64,000 nucleotides of DNA from assembly GCA_050253415.1 (NCBI GenBank), contig JBFWJC010000001.1, positions 808,679-872,678 on the forward strand, given 5' to 3'. A program made the translations under genes and the position numbers. Under the pieces are notes generated by a model. That model had not been told where the DNA came from. It saw only the letters and a program-made list of their open reading frames with translations, and did no database searches. This DNA is from Pedobacter sp. GTDB lineage: Bacteria; Desulfobacterota; Desulfuromonadia; Desulfuromonadales; Syntrophotaleaceae. Each line of letters starts with the position of its first letter. Within the stretch, counting starts at the first letter, position 1. Below, piece by piece: positions 42,944-53,711 of this stretch.

Positions 42944-43405
42944 ATGACCAGATCGAACGTTGGCAAGACGGTGATCCTGGCTCTGTTAGTGCTGGGAGGG
43001 TGGGGCTTTTCTGTAGCGGTGTCCGGTGCGCTCGAAACCCTGCCCGGTGGCGGTTCGCATGATGCCGTATTCGCAGAAGCTCCCTTGCGTGCTCTGTATG
43101 TGAAGACCGTGGGCCAGTTGGATAAGAACGGCCTCGCGTATTGCAACGAATACGAGGTCGTGGTCGACTATCTGGGTGAGCCGCGCCGTTATCGGCAACA
43201 CCATCCGGTTATCAACGCGGTGGTGAAATGCGATCCGGAGTTTCTGGAAACCCCACGCTGGGATATTACCTGGCGGGATCATGACGAGGATACAGACCCG
43301 CAACTGGAGCTCAGCTATGTAAAGGCCTGGTGCGAAGGGATTCATGGCGAACGGATCGCTCCATCCGAGGTCAGGCTGCTGTGTTACGAGCGACCTATTG
43401 AATGA
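42944..43405 (+). CDS. Exported hypothetical protein with 4 Cys
   Basis: Signal peptide-like N-terminus; GAGG RBS. Confidence 0.65.
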   Translation: MTRSNVGKTVILALLVLGGWGFSVAVSGALETLPGGGSHDAVFAEAPLRALYVKTVGQLDKNGLAYCNEYEVVVDYLGEPRRYRQHHPVINAVVKCDPEFLETPRWDITWRDHDEDTDPQLELSYVKAWCEGIHGERIAPSEVRLLCYERPIE

Positions 43406-43460
43406 TGAAAGAGGATCGGGTCTTTCATGACATCCCGGCTTTTGCGAAGATGGTACATAT

Positions 43461-44081
43461 TTAGTTGAATCGGACAAACAGCATAGCGCCCCGTATGATG
43501 AACCAGATGCCACCTATGCCGCACGCCACGCGTGCTGCGGCGCGCATCTCTGAAAATCTTGCGGCCAGTCCCGACAGCACAAAGGGCAGCAGGTAGACGG
43601 ATGTCGTTACAAAGAATATGGCAAAAAACGCCACACTCTGTAGCATCGATTCGCCGCGCATGGCCTGAGTCAGGGCCAGTAAAAATGGCGGACAGAGGTT
43701 GATGCCGGTGAAGAACCCTGCGGCGAACAGCACATCGTGTTTTTTGAACCATTTGGCATAGGTGTGACAGGAGACCAGGTGCGGCAATCGGTAGCCAGTC
43801 GCATGAATGAGCATAAGCCCTCCCAATAGCATGTCCCCCAAAGGCAGAAAGGCCATCACCCTCATGCCTTGTTCCCCCAGGGCCTGACCTGCGGCGTAGC
43901 TTGCGGCCCCGAACAGCATGTATGCGATCAATCTACCCGTCAGAAAAAAACCAAGCCCCCGCATCTGATGTTTCAGGCCGGATGCTTCGCCGCTGGCGAA
44001 CAGCGCCATGAGTACCGGGGCGCATGTCCCCAGGCAGAAAAAGCCTGTCGACAAACCCAGTGTCAATGCTCTTGCAATCAT
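43461..44081 (-). CDS. DsbD_2/CcdA-like (often annotated TauE/SafE) membrane protein
   Basis: CLGTCAP, GRLIAY, GINLCPP; about 6 TM segments. Confidence 0.78.
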   Translation of the reverse strand: MIARALTLGLSTGFFCLGTCAPVLMALFASGEASGLKHQMRGLGFFLTGRLIAYMLFGAASYAAGQALGEQGMRVMAFLPLGDMLLGGLMLIHATGYRLPHLVSCHTYAKWFKKHDVLFAAGFFTGINLCPPFLLALTQAMRGESMLQSVAFFAIFFVTTSVYLLPFVLSGLAARFSEMRAAARVACGIGGIWFIIRGAMLFVRFN

Positions 44082-44674
44082 GGTCTGCCCCCGAAAAAAT
44101 GACGGCGGCCTTCTGCGGATAAATCGTCAGGGGTCCAGCGCCGTTCCATGTCGACCGTGACCCGTACCTCTCCCGGTGCGGCCTGATGGGCCAGTTTGTT
44201 TTTGATGCCGGTCACCAGCTGTTTAAGGTAAGGGCATAACGGCGAAGTAGGAATGATGGTGATGCTCAATCCCTCTTCAGAATTTTGCGAAATCTTGCGA
44301 ATCAACCCCAGGTCGACGATGTTGATACCGAGTTCGGGGTCGATGACGGTCCGCAACGCCTCGATGAATTCCGCATTTGCAGGGTTGGTTGCAATCGCGG
44401 GGGCGACGTTCGGTGCCGGCGTTTGTTCGTCGCCAGCCTGGATGACGGGCTGGTTTTTGGAACTCATTTCCACGCCCCGGTAAGCCCCTGTCTTTGTCAT
44501 GGCTGTGACTGTGCGAGGTGTATCGACAGTCGTTACTGCTTTCGGTGTCGTGTGAGACTGCAGCGTGTATTCCATAAACAGTCCGGGCACTTGGGTGACT
44601 CCGTAGCCGATTCCGCAAAACATGGCTACCAGGAAGATACGTCGAAATGTGTGGCGGGCTGTCGATACGGGCAT
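44078..44674 (-). CDS. DUF59/SufT-like protein with an N-terminal membrane anchor
   Basis: LRTVIDPELGINIVDLGLI, TSPLCP, WTPD; overlaps the next gene by 4 nt. Confidence 0.82.
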   Translation of the reverse strand: MPVSTARHTFRRIFLVAMFCGIGYGVTQVPGLFMEYTLQSHTTPKAVTTVDTPRTVTAMTKTGAYRGVEMSSKNQPVIQAGDEQTPAPNVAPAIATNPANAEFIEALRTVIDPELGINIVDLGLIRKISQNSEEGLSITIIPTSPLCPYLKQLVTGIKNKLAHQAAPGEVRVTVDMERRWTPDDLSAEGRRHFFGGRP

Positions 44675-44702
44675 TCAGAATATCCTTTGGCATCTACCAC
44701 GT

Positions 44703-44738
44703 CAGCCAACCGCACAGGTGAGGCTGTGCGGTTGGCTG
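44703..44738. terminator. Strong hairpin after the MCP gene
   Basis: CAGCCAACCGCACAG-GTGAGG-CTGTGCGGTTGGCTG. Confidence 0.65.
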
Positions 44739-44756
44739 CGTTTTGGAGTCGGTTGC

Positions 44757-46976
44757 TTACGCCCTGGGAAGCATGAGTTGGTTGTCCTGCCTGCCGGCTA
44801 TTTTGGTTGGCGTCTTTGAGGCACCTGTTTTGCTCTGGCTCTCTATGATTGTTCTGAGTTTGGTGGCCATGCCGGCCAGTTCCTCTGAGGTTGCGGCGGC
44901 TTCTTCAGAGGTGGCGGTGACCATTTGCGTTGCTCCATCGACCTGGCTCAGCCCCTGGGTAATCTGGTCGATGCCGGCGGCCTGTTCGCTGGCGGCATCG
45001 GAAATTTCTTTGACGATAGCCGCTGTTTTGGCCGTCGCATCGACGATTTTTACCAGCGCCTCAGAGGTAGCACTGGCAAGCCTGTTGCCATTTTCCACCT
45101 TGCCGACGGAGTTCAGGATAAGGTCGCTGATTTCGTGAGCAGCCTGAGCGCTACGCACTGCCAAATTGCGAACCTCATCCGCAACCACCGCAAACCCCTT
45201 GCCGTGCTGTCCGGCACGGGCGGCTTCCACTGCAGCATTGAGGGACAACAGGTTGGTCTGGAAGGCGATTTCGTCGATGACCTTGGTGATCTTGACGATA
45301 TTCTGGCTCGAATCGTTGATGGCTCCCATGGCATCGAGCATGTCGTCCATCTGTTCTTTACCTGCGGTGGCGACCTCTAGTGATGTGGCACTGAGATCGT
45401 TGGCTACACCGGCGTTTTCTACGGTACCCTTGGTCTGGGCACCGATCTGGGTGAGGGCGGCGGAAATTTCTTCCAGCGAACTGGCAGCTTCGGTGGCGGC
45501 CTGGGACAGCGATTGTCCCGAATCGCTCAAAGCATGGGAACTGTGGTCCATGTTGACAGAGATATGGTCAACTTGCGAGAGAACCTCGTTGAGGTTATGC
45601 AGGGTCTTTTTCATGTCTGCGTCGTTTTTACCGAGCATCTCCGCCATGCGATCCAGGGATTCGGATAGATGTCCGATTTCATCCGACTGGTCGAGGTTCA
45701 GCCGGTCGGAAAAATCCCCCCGACTCAGGTTTTCGGCCAGGGCCATGGCCTTGGCAATGGGGCCGGTGATGCTGCGCACGATGAAAAACGACACCGCTGC
45801 GCCGATAACTGTGGCCAACAGGGCGCAGGCCAGGATTAACAGTTTGACGCCGGTGGTGCGAGTCGTCGCACCCGACTGGACGGTTTTGGCCTGGTTGATC
45901 TCCCCTTCGATAAACAGATCGAGTTTGCCCCGCATCTCGTTCATGATGTTATCACCGACACCCGATTCGACTCGGTCGGTGAGGACTTTCCAGAGTCTCT
46001 GATCGTTGCCCAGTTTCGACATGGTCTGGGCCAGCAGGCTGAGGAATTCCATAGACTGGGTAACTTTATCTTTGGATAGCACAGGGATTTGACGGATCGC
46101 CTTGATCATGGCTCCGGGATCGATGCCGAGTTCGCCGGCCAGTTTGCGAAAGTGCGCTTCATCCGGTTTTTTGGTTAAAACCTGGCCACCCAGCCATGCG
46201 CCGATCTGCCGCCCGTCCACCACGATCGGTACGGCAAAGTCGACCAGCCCGGCGTGGCATTCGTAAGCATAGGGTTTGCCGGTTTCTCCGGAGACGCGAC
46301 CCCCTTTGGCGTCGTCGCCCTGGCAGCGTACCGCGCCTTCCTTGCTCTGACGTACCAGGCCGAAACAGAAGGTGGAAAATTCGTTGAGGCTTTGCATGGC
46401 CACCGGGGTGCCGTCCTGTTCCGCCACAAGGTTTTTCATCCCGGTGACAGCGGTGAACGATTTCTGGTACTGGCGCAGGACTGCGGGATCGAGGACTTCC
46501 TCGACCTTGACCATGCCTTTATCGCCCTCAGCCTTCGCAAGTTGCTGACGTTCATCCGCACTCATGTCGATGCGTTGCCTGGCAAGGATTTCCGGTTCGG
46601 CCGCTTCCTGTCGCCATCGATCGGCCAGCACGGCGATTTCATCCAGCAGGCTAACTTGAGTGGGGCGGTCCTTGACCAGTTGCTTGAGGTAAGCGATGCG
46701 TTCATCCACCACTGTTTCGCCGTCTTGGTAAAGAGTCAGCATCTCTTTCTTGCCCGAGATCAAATACCCTTTTTCGCCGACCTGCATTTGCAGGATAACC
46801 TTTTCAAGGTCTTTGGATGCTTCTACGGCAAGGTGGGCATTATCGACTTGTTGCGATGTGGTCAGCAGTTTTTCCATGCCGTTGTAACTTAATGCACCAA
46901 GTACCAGAAGCAGGAACAGTGGTACCCCACACGCGATCAAAATTTTTACTGTTATACTCAAATCTCTGAATTTCAT
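44757..46976 (-). CDS. Methyl-accepting chemotaxis protein (CHASE3 with inserted PocR, HAMP, signalling domain)
   Basis: [34 protein letters not shown]; PocR motifs FC..RC..YECHAGL.DFAVPI..GGQV. Confidence 0.93.
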   Translation of the reverse strand: MKFRDLSITVKILIACGVPLFLLLVLGALSYNGMEKLLTTSQQVDNAHLAVEASKDLEKVILQMQVGEKGYLISGKKEMLTLYQDGETVVDERIAYLKQLVKDRPTQVSLLDEIAVLADRWRQEAAEPEILARQRIDMSADERQQLAKAEGDKGMVKVEEVLDPAVLRQYQKSFTAVTGMKNLVAEQDGTPVAMQSLNEFSTFCFGLVRQSKEGAVRCQGDDAKGGRVSGETGKPYAYECHAGLVDFAVPIVVDGRQIGAWLGGQVLTKKPDEAHFRKLAGELGIDPGAMIKAIRQIPVLSKDKVTQSMEFLSLLAQTMSKLGNDQRLWKVLTDRVESGVGDNIMNEMRGKLDLFIEGEINQAKTVQSGATTRTTGVKLLILACALLATVIGAAVSFFIVRSITGPIAKAMALAENLSRGDFSDRLNLDQSDEIGHLSESLDRMAEMLGKNDADMKKTLHNLNEVLSQVDHISVNMDHSSHALSDSGQSLSQAATEAASSLEEISAALTQIGAQTKGTVENAGVANDLSATSLEVATAGKEQMDDMLDAMGAINDSSQNIVKITKVIDEIAFQTNLLSLNAAVEAARAGQHGKGFAVVADEVRNLAVRSAQAAHEISDLILNSVGKVENGNRLASATSEALVKIVDATAKTAAIVKEISDAASEQAAGIDQITQGLSQVDGATQMVTATSEEAAATSEELAGMATKLRTIIESQSKTGASKTPTKIAGRQDNQLMLPRA

Positions 46977-47098
46977 GGTTTTCCCCCCCCATTTTGAGTC
47001 GTTCAAAACAATGTTCAGTTCATGCTCCTGTATATTTTTTTATTGATCCGTTGCGCGTTGGCCACGAGCCTCCTCGAACCATGGCAATCGATTCTATT

Positions 47099-47116
47099 TG
47101 GCAATATGCATGCCGG
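47099..47116 (-). promoter_or_regulatory. Sigma54 (-24/-12) promoter upstream of the MCP
   Basis: Minus strand CCGGCATGCATATTGCCA (GG-N10-GC). Confidence 0.6.
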
Positions 47117-47679
47117 ACCATGCTTGGGAAACTGGGGTATTAAAACTGGGTTTTAGTATCTATGTCGGAATAATGACACATTTTCAAGTAGTTAATCCCG
47201 CAGCTAAATCAGGAGATTGATAGCCTGTGCTGCCAAAACTCATTAGGCAATTCTTTTTAATTGGGACTGGCCGAGGGGATGAAATCACTGTCGCATGCTG
47301 AGGCAAATGTCTCTTTTTATTGGAAGAAATGTATCCTCAATTTTATTTGTCTCGCTATCTGGACTGAAGGAATGGATGCTGTTCGAATGTAAAAAAAATT
47401 TCAGGTGTGGGATTTACGAGTTGTTTTGCTTCGTTAATTTGCTTATATTCGATGAGTATTTTTTATTCAGACAGAGGTAAACTCTGTTTTATTGCTGATC
47501 GGTTTGCCGGCTCGGCTGCAAGAGCCTCTTGCTCAAACATACGGTCATTGTTTGGAAAAGGGAGAGGGCTTATCGCCGTTTTGGTACTATTGCCGATCAA
47601 AATGGGGAATTTGGGAGTCTCGCACGTTTATCTTTAGTGAGAGTGTCGTGCCACCAACAGGATTTAAAGGAGAGTACTC

Positions 47680-48021
47680 ATGGAAAATGCACAAACTGGG
47701 ACTATGAATCAGGAATCGAAAAATATGGCTCTGCTCATCTGGATCGGCACCATATTTTTTGGGTTCATTCCCGGCCTGGTGTTTTATCTCATCAAAAAAG
47801 ACGATCCGTATGTCATGGGGCAGGCGAAGGAAGCCCTGAACTGGTCGATTACCGCAGCCATCGGTTTGGTCATAGGGGGGATTTTGACGGTTATTTTGAT
47901 CGGGTTCCTGGTGGTGCTTGCTATCTGGGTCGGCAACCTGGTCTTCTGTATCATGGGAGCCGTCGCTTGTTCCAACGGCAAGGACTTTAAGGTTCCCTAT
48001 ACCCTTCGCCTGATTAAATAA
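47680..48021 (+). CDS. DUF4870 membrane protein
   Basis: KNMALL, QAKEALNWSIT, FKVPYTLRLIK. Confidence 0.88.
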   Translation: MENAQTGTMNQESKNMALLIWIGTIFFGFIPGLVFYLIKKDDPYVMGQAKEALNWSITAAIGLVIGGILTVILIGFLVVLAIWVGNLVFCIMGAVACSNGKDFKVPYTLRLIK

Positions 48022-48280
48022 TTTTTCAGGCAGGGTTACCCTGCAATACAACGTTTCATCAAAACCAGAGGCGCCTGGCCCTACCCGATAACGGTTAGGC
48101 TCTGGCGCCTTTTTTTAGTGGATAAGGCAAATAATGATGACACGGGGGAAGTCAGGATATGTCAACCTCCTCGTTATAGACGGTATGCCGTTGAGCTCTA
48201 AAGGCAATCCTGTTACATTGCCTTAGGCATACAGTCTTTGCGGGCTGTTTTTTTAAATTGACTTGTACCATGGAGGTTCC

Positions 48281-49264
48281 ATGTCCAGTGATTCGCACCC
48301 CTTTCGCACTCTCACCCCCGAATTTGTTATGGATGCCGTGGAGAGCCAGGGATATCTTTGCGATTGCCGAACCCTGGGCCTCAACAGCTATGAGAATCGC
48401 GTCTATCAGGTTGGTATCGAGGGCGAAGCGCCCCTCATCGCAAAATTCTACCGCCCCGAACGATGGAGCGAGGCCCAGATACGCGAGGAACACCGGTTTT
48501 GCTTCGAACTTGTCGAGCATGAATTGCCGGTTGTCGCACCAATGCTCAATGACCAGGGGGAGAGCCTGTTTTCTTTTGGCGGCTTCCGGTTTGCGCTCTA
48601 TCCACGCAAAGGAGGACACGCCCCGGAGTTGGACAACCTCCAAAACCTCCTGATTCTCGGTCGACTGATGGGCCGCATCCATAGCGTCGGCGCCCTGCAT
48701 CCGTTTACAGAGCGTCCGCGACTCGACTCCCGAAGTTTCGGCCATGACGCCGTTGCTGTGGTGAGCGAACGGTTCGTACCCGTTGAGTTTAAAAGTCATT
48801 ACGATGTGTTGACCAGGGATTTGCTGCAGGGGATAGAGGAGATCATGGATCGCGTCGGCCACGTGCGCTATATCCGTACCCATGGCGATTGCCATGCGGG
48901 CAATATCCTGTGGCGCGACGGCGGGCCCCATTTTGTCGATTTCGATGATGCGCGGATGGCACCCGCGGTGCAGGACCTGTGGATGATGCTGTCAGGAGAT
49001 CGGGCCAGCAAAACGGCGCAGCTCTGTGAAATCCTCGATGGCTACACGGAGTTCAATCACTTCGATCCCCGTGAATTGCAGCTGATCGAGGCGTTGCGCA
49101 GCTTGCGAATCCTGCATTTTACCGCGTGGCTGGCGCTGCGTTGGGAAGATCCTGCGTTTGCACCGAGCTTCCCCTGGTTTAATACGCCGCGCTACTGGGG
49201 CGACCATATTCTGGAAATACGCGAACAGATCGCGGCCTTGCAGGAACCGGCGTTGCAGGTTTAA
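48281..49264 (+). CDS. srkA: Stress-response Ser/Thr kinase SrkA/RdoA (YihE)
   Basis: LNSYENRVYQ, KFYRPERWS, HGDCHAGN, VDFDD, QDLWM, RWEDPAF..FPWF. Confidence 0.93.
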   Translation: MSSDSHPFRTLTPEFVMDAVESQGYLCDCRTLGLNSYENRVYQVGIEGEAPLIAKFYRPERWSEAQIREEHRFCFELVEHELPVVAPMLNDQGESLFSFGGFRFALYPRKGGHAPELDNLQNLLILGRLMGRIHSVGALHPFTERPRLDSRSFGHDAVAVVSERFVPVEFKSHYDVLTRDLLQGIEEIMDRVGHVRYIRTHGDCHAGNILWRDGGPHFVDFDDARMAPAVQDLWMMLSGDRASKTAQLCEILDGYTEFNHFDPRELQLIEALRSLRILHFTAWLALRWEDPAFAPSFPWFNTPRYWGDHILEIREQIAALQEPALQV

Positions 49265-49345
49265 GAGATATTTTAAAGGCGTGTGATAAAAGCCTCGTAG
49301 TATGTGTGCTGAGGTACGAAGCGCATCGATGCTGGCCATCGACTT

Positions 49346-50432
49346 CAAGACCGCGGGGTCGCGCTCCTGCCCGGCGCCTTACTCTTTTAAAACGCGTTAA
49401 AAGAGTAAGCAGAAAAGCGCGCCCCGACTCCTTGCCCGCCTGCGGCGGGTACCCTGCGCTACGCAACCGTCGGGCGGGCGGAGAAGATTCGCTGCGCTCA
49501 GTCCTCCGCCTGTTTCGCCCGCCGCTTGCTGCGCTCCGGCGGCGTCACAGGGGATTTCACAGCAAAAGCAAAAGCGTTTATCAAATCCAGCTGCGCCGGT
49601 TCAGGCAACAGTTGTGCTGCTGTCTATGCGACTCACCTCTGCCGGCAAATGAAGCCCTACGAAGACGTGTCGCTTGTCATTTGCAGCCACGGTGCCCCGA
49701 TACAGGCACTATCGCGACAGACATAACGGCGAAGCCAGACCCTACGTCCTTTCTTTGCTTACTTTCTATAGACGGGTAAAGAAAGTAAGCCGGCTGCCGG
49801 CCGGGACCGGCGAAGTTGAAGTTAAGGTTCCAAGGTTTCCGACAACCAAACACCAACTTCCAGACCGCGGGGTTGCGCCCCCGCCCGGCGCCTTACTCTT
49901 TTAAAACGCGTCAAAAGAGTAAGCAGAAAAGCGCGCCCCTTTCCTTGCCCGCCTGCGGCGGGTACCCTTCGCTACGCAACCGTCGGGCGGGCGGAGAAGA
50001 TTCGCTGCGCTCAGTCCTCCGCCTGTTTCGCCCGCCGCTTGCTCCGCTCCGGCGGCGTCACAGGGGGAATCTCACGGCAAAGACAAACGCAAGAGCGTTT
50101 ATCAAATTCAGCTGCGCCGGTGCCTGCAACAGTTGTGCTGCTGTCTATGCGACTCACCTCTGCCGGCAAATGAAGCCCTACGAAGACGTGTCGCTTGTCA
50201 TTTGCAGTCACGGTGCCCCGATACAGGCACTATCGCGACAGACATAAAGGCGAAGCCAGACCCAACGTCCTTTCTTTGCTTACTTTCTATAGACGGGTAA
50301 AGAAAGTAAGCCGTCTTCCGGCCGGGACCGGCGGTGTTGACGTTCCGTTCTCAAGAATCCAACCCTTACATACAAGACCGCGGGGGCGTGCCCCCTCCCG
50401 TCGATCGCTCAGCTCTGCCGGCGTCACAGGGG
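49346..50432. repeat. Tandem array of ~513-bp non-coding mosaic repeats (2 full units and 1 deleted unit)
   Basis: Units start at 49346, 49860 and 50373; near-identical sequence; lies between convergent genes. Confidence 0.93.
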
Positions 50433-50459
50433 AAGTCAATATTCTTTTTAAAATCAAAA

Positions 50460-50488
50460 CAGGGCCGGTGTTTACAACACCGGCCCTG
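50460..50488. terminator. Hairpin/terminator downstream of the PPIase gene
   Basis: CAGGGCCGGTGT-TTACA-ACACCGGCCCTG preceded by an A-run. Confidence 0.7.
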
Positions 50489-50595
50489 CTGGTTAGAAAA
50501 ACTGAGCAAAAGGTTAAAACGTTGCGGGAGAGCGCCACCCTCCTGGGCCATCCGGTACAAACGACCAGTGACAAATGACGGTTTTCCCCATCCCT

Positions 50596-51282
50596 TTACT
50601 TAACCTCGATCAACTCCACATCGAAAATCAACGTCGCATTCGGTGCGATGCCGTTTGTACCTTTGGTGCCGTAGGCAAGGTCAGACGGGATAAACAGCTG
50701 CCACTTGGCGCCGGGTTTCATCATCAACAATGCTTCGGTCCAGCCGCGAATGACCCCCTGCACCGGAAACGTGGCAGGTTGTCCGCGTTTGTAAGAGCTG
50801 TCGAACTCCGTTCCATCCAGCAGGCGGCCGCGGTAATGGACGGTTACCCGATCCTGCAGTCCCGGGCGCTTGCCGGCACCGGCTTCGATGACTTTGTATT
50901 GCAGACCGCTGGTGCTACTGATAACCCCGGGCTGTTGCCGGTTTTTGTTTAAAAAGGCTTTGCCCTCCCAAAGATTTTTTTCCGCCAGTTCATTTTTCAG
51001 CATCTGCTGATGGGCAAGAGAGGTTTTCTGCAACTCCATCAGAGCTTCCCGACGCTGTTGTTCATCCAGGGCCGGAGTCTTGTCGGACTGGGCATCTTTC
51101 AGGCCTTGCAGCAGCAAGTCGGGATCGACAACGATCCCCTGCATCTTGAAATCGCTGCCGATTTTGTGGCCAAGGCTATAACTGGCACGGGCTTCAGGGG
51201 TTTGCAAATTGGGTGCGTCCTGTGCCCAGAGGGTGGCGGGCATACATGCCAGAGCGAGTACTATGCCAACAAGGTATTTCAT
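50596..51282 (-). CDS. Periplasmic FKBP-type peptidyl-prolyl isomerase (FkpA/Mip-like)
   Basis: Signal peptide, SYSLG, SGLQYKV, VHYRG, FDSS, VIRGW, LAYG, LIFDVEL. Confidence 0.95.
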   Translation of the reverse strand: MKYLVGIVLALACMPATLWAQDAPNLQTPEARASYSLGHKIGSDFKMQGIVVDPDLLLQGLKDAQSDKTPALDEQQRREALMELQKTSLAHQQMLKNELAEKNLWEGKAFLNKNRQQPGVISSTSGLQYKVIEAGAGKRPGLQDRVTVHYRGRLLDGTEFDSSYKRGQPATFPVQGVIRGWTEALLMMKPGAKWQLFIPSDLAYGTKGTNGIAPNATLIFDVELIEVK

Positions 51283-51831
51283 AACGGGTCCTTTTCTCGT
51301 GGGAGGTATTCGGTGAAAGGCGGTTTATCAAGCGTCCGGTCCGGATACATTAAAAGACCGGCATGATGCTGTCAATACTCGGATGATGTACGTATCGTGA
51401 TGAAGTCCGCCTGCCCTCAGGTGCGGTCTCTCAGAGCAAGAGATAATGTCGACCTTTTGCCGGTTATTCTATCTGGGATCAAGGTGTTAATGGACAACTG
51501 GGCTGCTGATGATAAAAAACTCCCACGAGCCCATCTCTGGGGATTTTTTTAGGTGCGGTAGGGGCAGGGCTACATATTGTACTTTAACCAAAGGGAGGTA
51601 AGCTTTGTTCCTCGGGGTAGGGTATGACTTCGTTTGCCGCCTTCAACCCTTTCAAGGGATATTTGACCGCTTTGTTCTGACCGGGGCCTTCAATATCGGT
51701 TGCTATGGTATGGAATTTGTTGGATTGCGGTTTGTCGGCTGCAGGAGATGAGTGTGTCGGGACAGTAAGGCTCGGAAACGGGCCTTTGGTTGCATAAGGT
51801 TGTTCATTCTGTTTGCAAAGGAGTAATGCTC

Positions 51832-52977
51832 ATGGAGTTTATGTTCGGTATCCCCAGTTTTGTGCAGTTCGGTTCAGGTGTCGGCAAAAAGGTAGGCGAG
51901 GTTGCCAGGAGCCTGGGCGCGCAAAAGGTGTTTTTCGTTTACGACCAGGGGATCAAGGATGCCGGCCTGTCGGCTTGCGTGCTGGACTCGTTGCAAACGG
52001 CCGGGCTTGAGGTGCTGGAGTATGGCGAGGTTCTGGCCAATCCTACAGATATCCAGGTCGAAGAGGCTGCGGCGCTGGCCCGAAAGTTCAAGGCTGAAGT
52101 CACCGTCGCGCTAGGCGGCGGTTCTTCCATCGATTGCGCCAAAGCCATCAACATCCTGCAAACCAACCCTTCTCCCATCAACCAGTATGACGGTCTGAAT
52201 ATGGTCGGCCTGCCGACCAAGCCGTTGATCGCCATACCTACCACCGCCGGGACCGCCAGCGAGGTGACCGCTTTTTCCATTGTCACCGACACCGTGCGCC
52301 AGAAAAAAATGGTCATCGGCGGCCAGTTCGTCGGTGCCAGCATGGCGCTGGTCGATCCGGACATGACCGTCGGCATGCCGGCGGCCCTGACTGCGGCAAC
52401 CGGCATGGACGCCCTGACGCATGCTATCGAGGCCTATGTTTCAAAAAACGCCATGGTGCCGACGGACCTGTTTGCCCTCAAGGCCATCGAATTGATCTAT
52501 GGCAACTTGCTGCGAGCCACCCAAAACGGGAAAGATATGGAGGCCCGCAGCAACATGTTGCTCGGCAGCATGCTGGCCGGACATGCTTTTAACTGCGCGG
52601 TGCTCGGCCTGGTGCATAGCATCGCCCATCCGCTGAGCGTGCATTGCGGGTTGCCCCATGGGGTGGCCAATGCGGCGGGGCTCCCTTTTGTGATGGAGTA
52701 CAACGCTGCGGTGGCGGGGGAGAAGACCCGGGATATCGCGCTGGCGATGGGGCTGGATGTAGCCGGCAAATCGGTGGATGAGGCGGCGACGGCGGCCGTC
52801 GATGCCATCAAGCAACTGTCCCGGAAGCTGAAGATTCCGACCCTGGGTGAGCTTGGCGTGCCGAAGGAGAAATTTGACCGTATCGCCGAGGACGCCCTGC
52901 AGGAGATTTCGACCATTTTCAATCCCCGCGCACCGAGCAAGGAAGACGTACTCGCTATCCTGAAACAAGCCTACTGA
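51832..52977 (+). CDS. Iron-containing alcohol dehydrogenase
   Basis: GGGSSID, PTTAGTASE, GMDALTHAIE, HSIAH, PHG. Confidence 0.95.
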   Translation: MEFMFGIPSFVQFGSGVGKKVGEVARSLGAQKVFFVYDQGIKDAGLSACVLDSLQTAGLEVLEYGEVLANPTDIQVEEAAALARKFKAEVTVALGGGSSIDCAKAINILQTNPSPINQYDGLNMVGLPTKPLIAIPTTAGTASEVTAFSIVTDTVRQKKMVIGGQFVGASMALVDPDMTVGMPAALTAATGMDALTHAIEAYVSKNAMVPTDLFALKAIELIYGNLLRATQNGKDMEARSNMLLGSMLAGHAFNCAVLGLVHSIAHPLSVHCGLPHGVANAAGLPFVMEYNAAVAGEKTRDIALAMGLDVAGKSVDEAATAAVDAIKQLSRKLKIPTLGELGVPKEKFDRIAEDALQEISTIFNPRAPSKEDVLAILKQAY

Positions 52978-53069
52978 GACCTTGTACCACATGGCGGGCG
53001 GCCTTTGGGTCGCCCATCCACCCCTGCGATTCTCCCGCGTCTTTGCCCTTTTCAACAGAGAGGTTACCA

Positions 53070-53711
53070 ATGAAATGCCTCATTGTCTTCATAGTGCTCT
53101 TTTTGCAGGCACTCTTCGCTTCGGCCCAGGAAAAAACTTTGCTGATAGACGGCTTCGAGGACGGACTGCGTCCGGTGTGGCAGGAGAAAGTTTTCAAAGG
53201 CCGGACCGCATACGGGGTAGTGGGTGACGCAACGGGCAATGTTTTAAGAGCACAGTCCTACGGGGCGGCCTCCGCCCTGATCCTGGAAAAAAAGATCGAC
53301 CTGAAGGAATTCCCCGTAATGTCCTGGCGCTGGAAAGTGGAGAATATTTTGGTCAAGGGAGATGCCAGGAAGAAAACCGGAGACGATTACGCCGCCCGTA
53401 TTTATGTTATTTTTCCTCACTGGTTCTTTCCCAAGACCCGCACTATCAATTATATCTGGGCCAACAAACTGCCGCTTGGAGCGATGGTTCCCAATCCCTT
53501 TACCGCCAATGCCGTGATGATTGCGGTGGAAACCGGGGAAGATCATGTCGGAACGTGGATGTTGGAGAGCCGAAATGTCCAGGCAGACTACCGAGCCGTC
53601 TTCGGTGAAGAACCCCCTCTTGTCGGAGCCATCGCCATTATGACCGACACGGATAACACCGGTGGCGCCGCCGTTGCCTGGTACGATGATCTCCGTTTCC
53701 TGGGGGAGTAG
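53070..53711 (+). CDS. DUF3047 exported protein
   Basis: SWRWKV, DDYAARIYV, INYIWA, IAIMTDTDNT. Confidence 0.9.
   Translation: MKCLIVFIVLFLQALFASAQEKTLLIDGFEDGLRPVWQEKVFKGRTAYGVVGDATGNVLRAQSYGAASALILEKKIDLKEFPVMSWRWKVENILVKGDARKKTGDDYAARIYVIFPHWFFPKTRTINYIWANKLPLGAMVPNPFTANAVMIAVETGEDHVGTWMLESRNVQADYRAVFGEEPPLVGAIAIMTDTDNTGGAAVAWYDDLRFLGE

Noticed and set aside
49346..50432. Possible CRISPR array or IS element
   Set aside because: Units are ~513 bp rather than 25-45 bp; no cas or transposase gene and no clear target-site duplication
49306..50603. ORFs of 66-157 aa across the repeat array
   Set aside because: They arise from non-coding repeats; frames are not preserved between units and there is no RBS or domain signal
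51706..51720. Sigma54-like site upstream of the ADH gene
   Set aside because: TGGTATGGAATTTGT has GT rather than the near-invariant GC at -12
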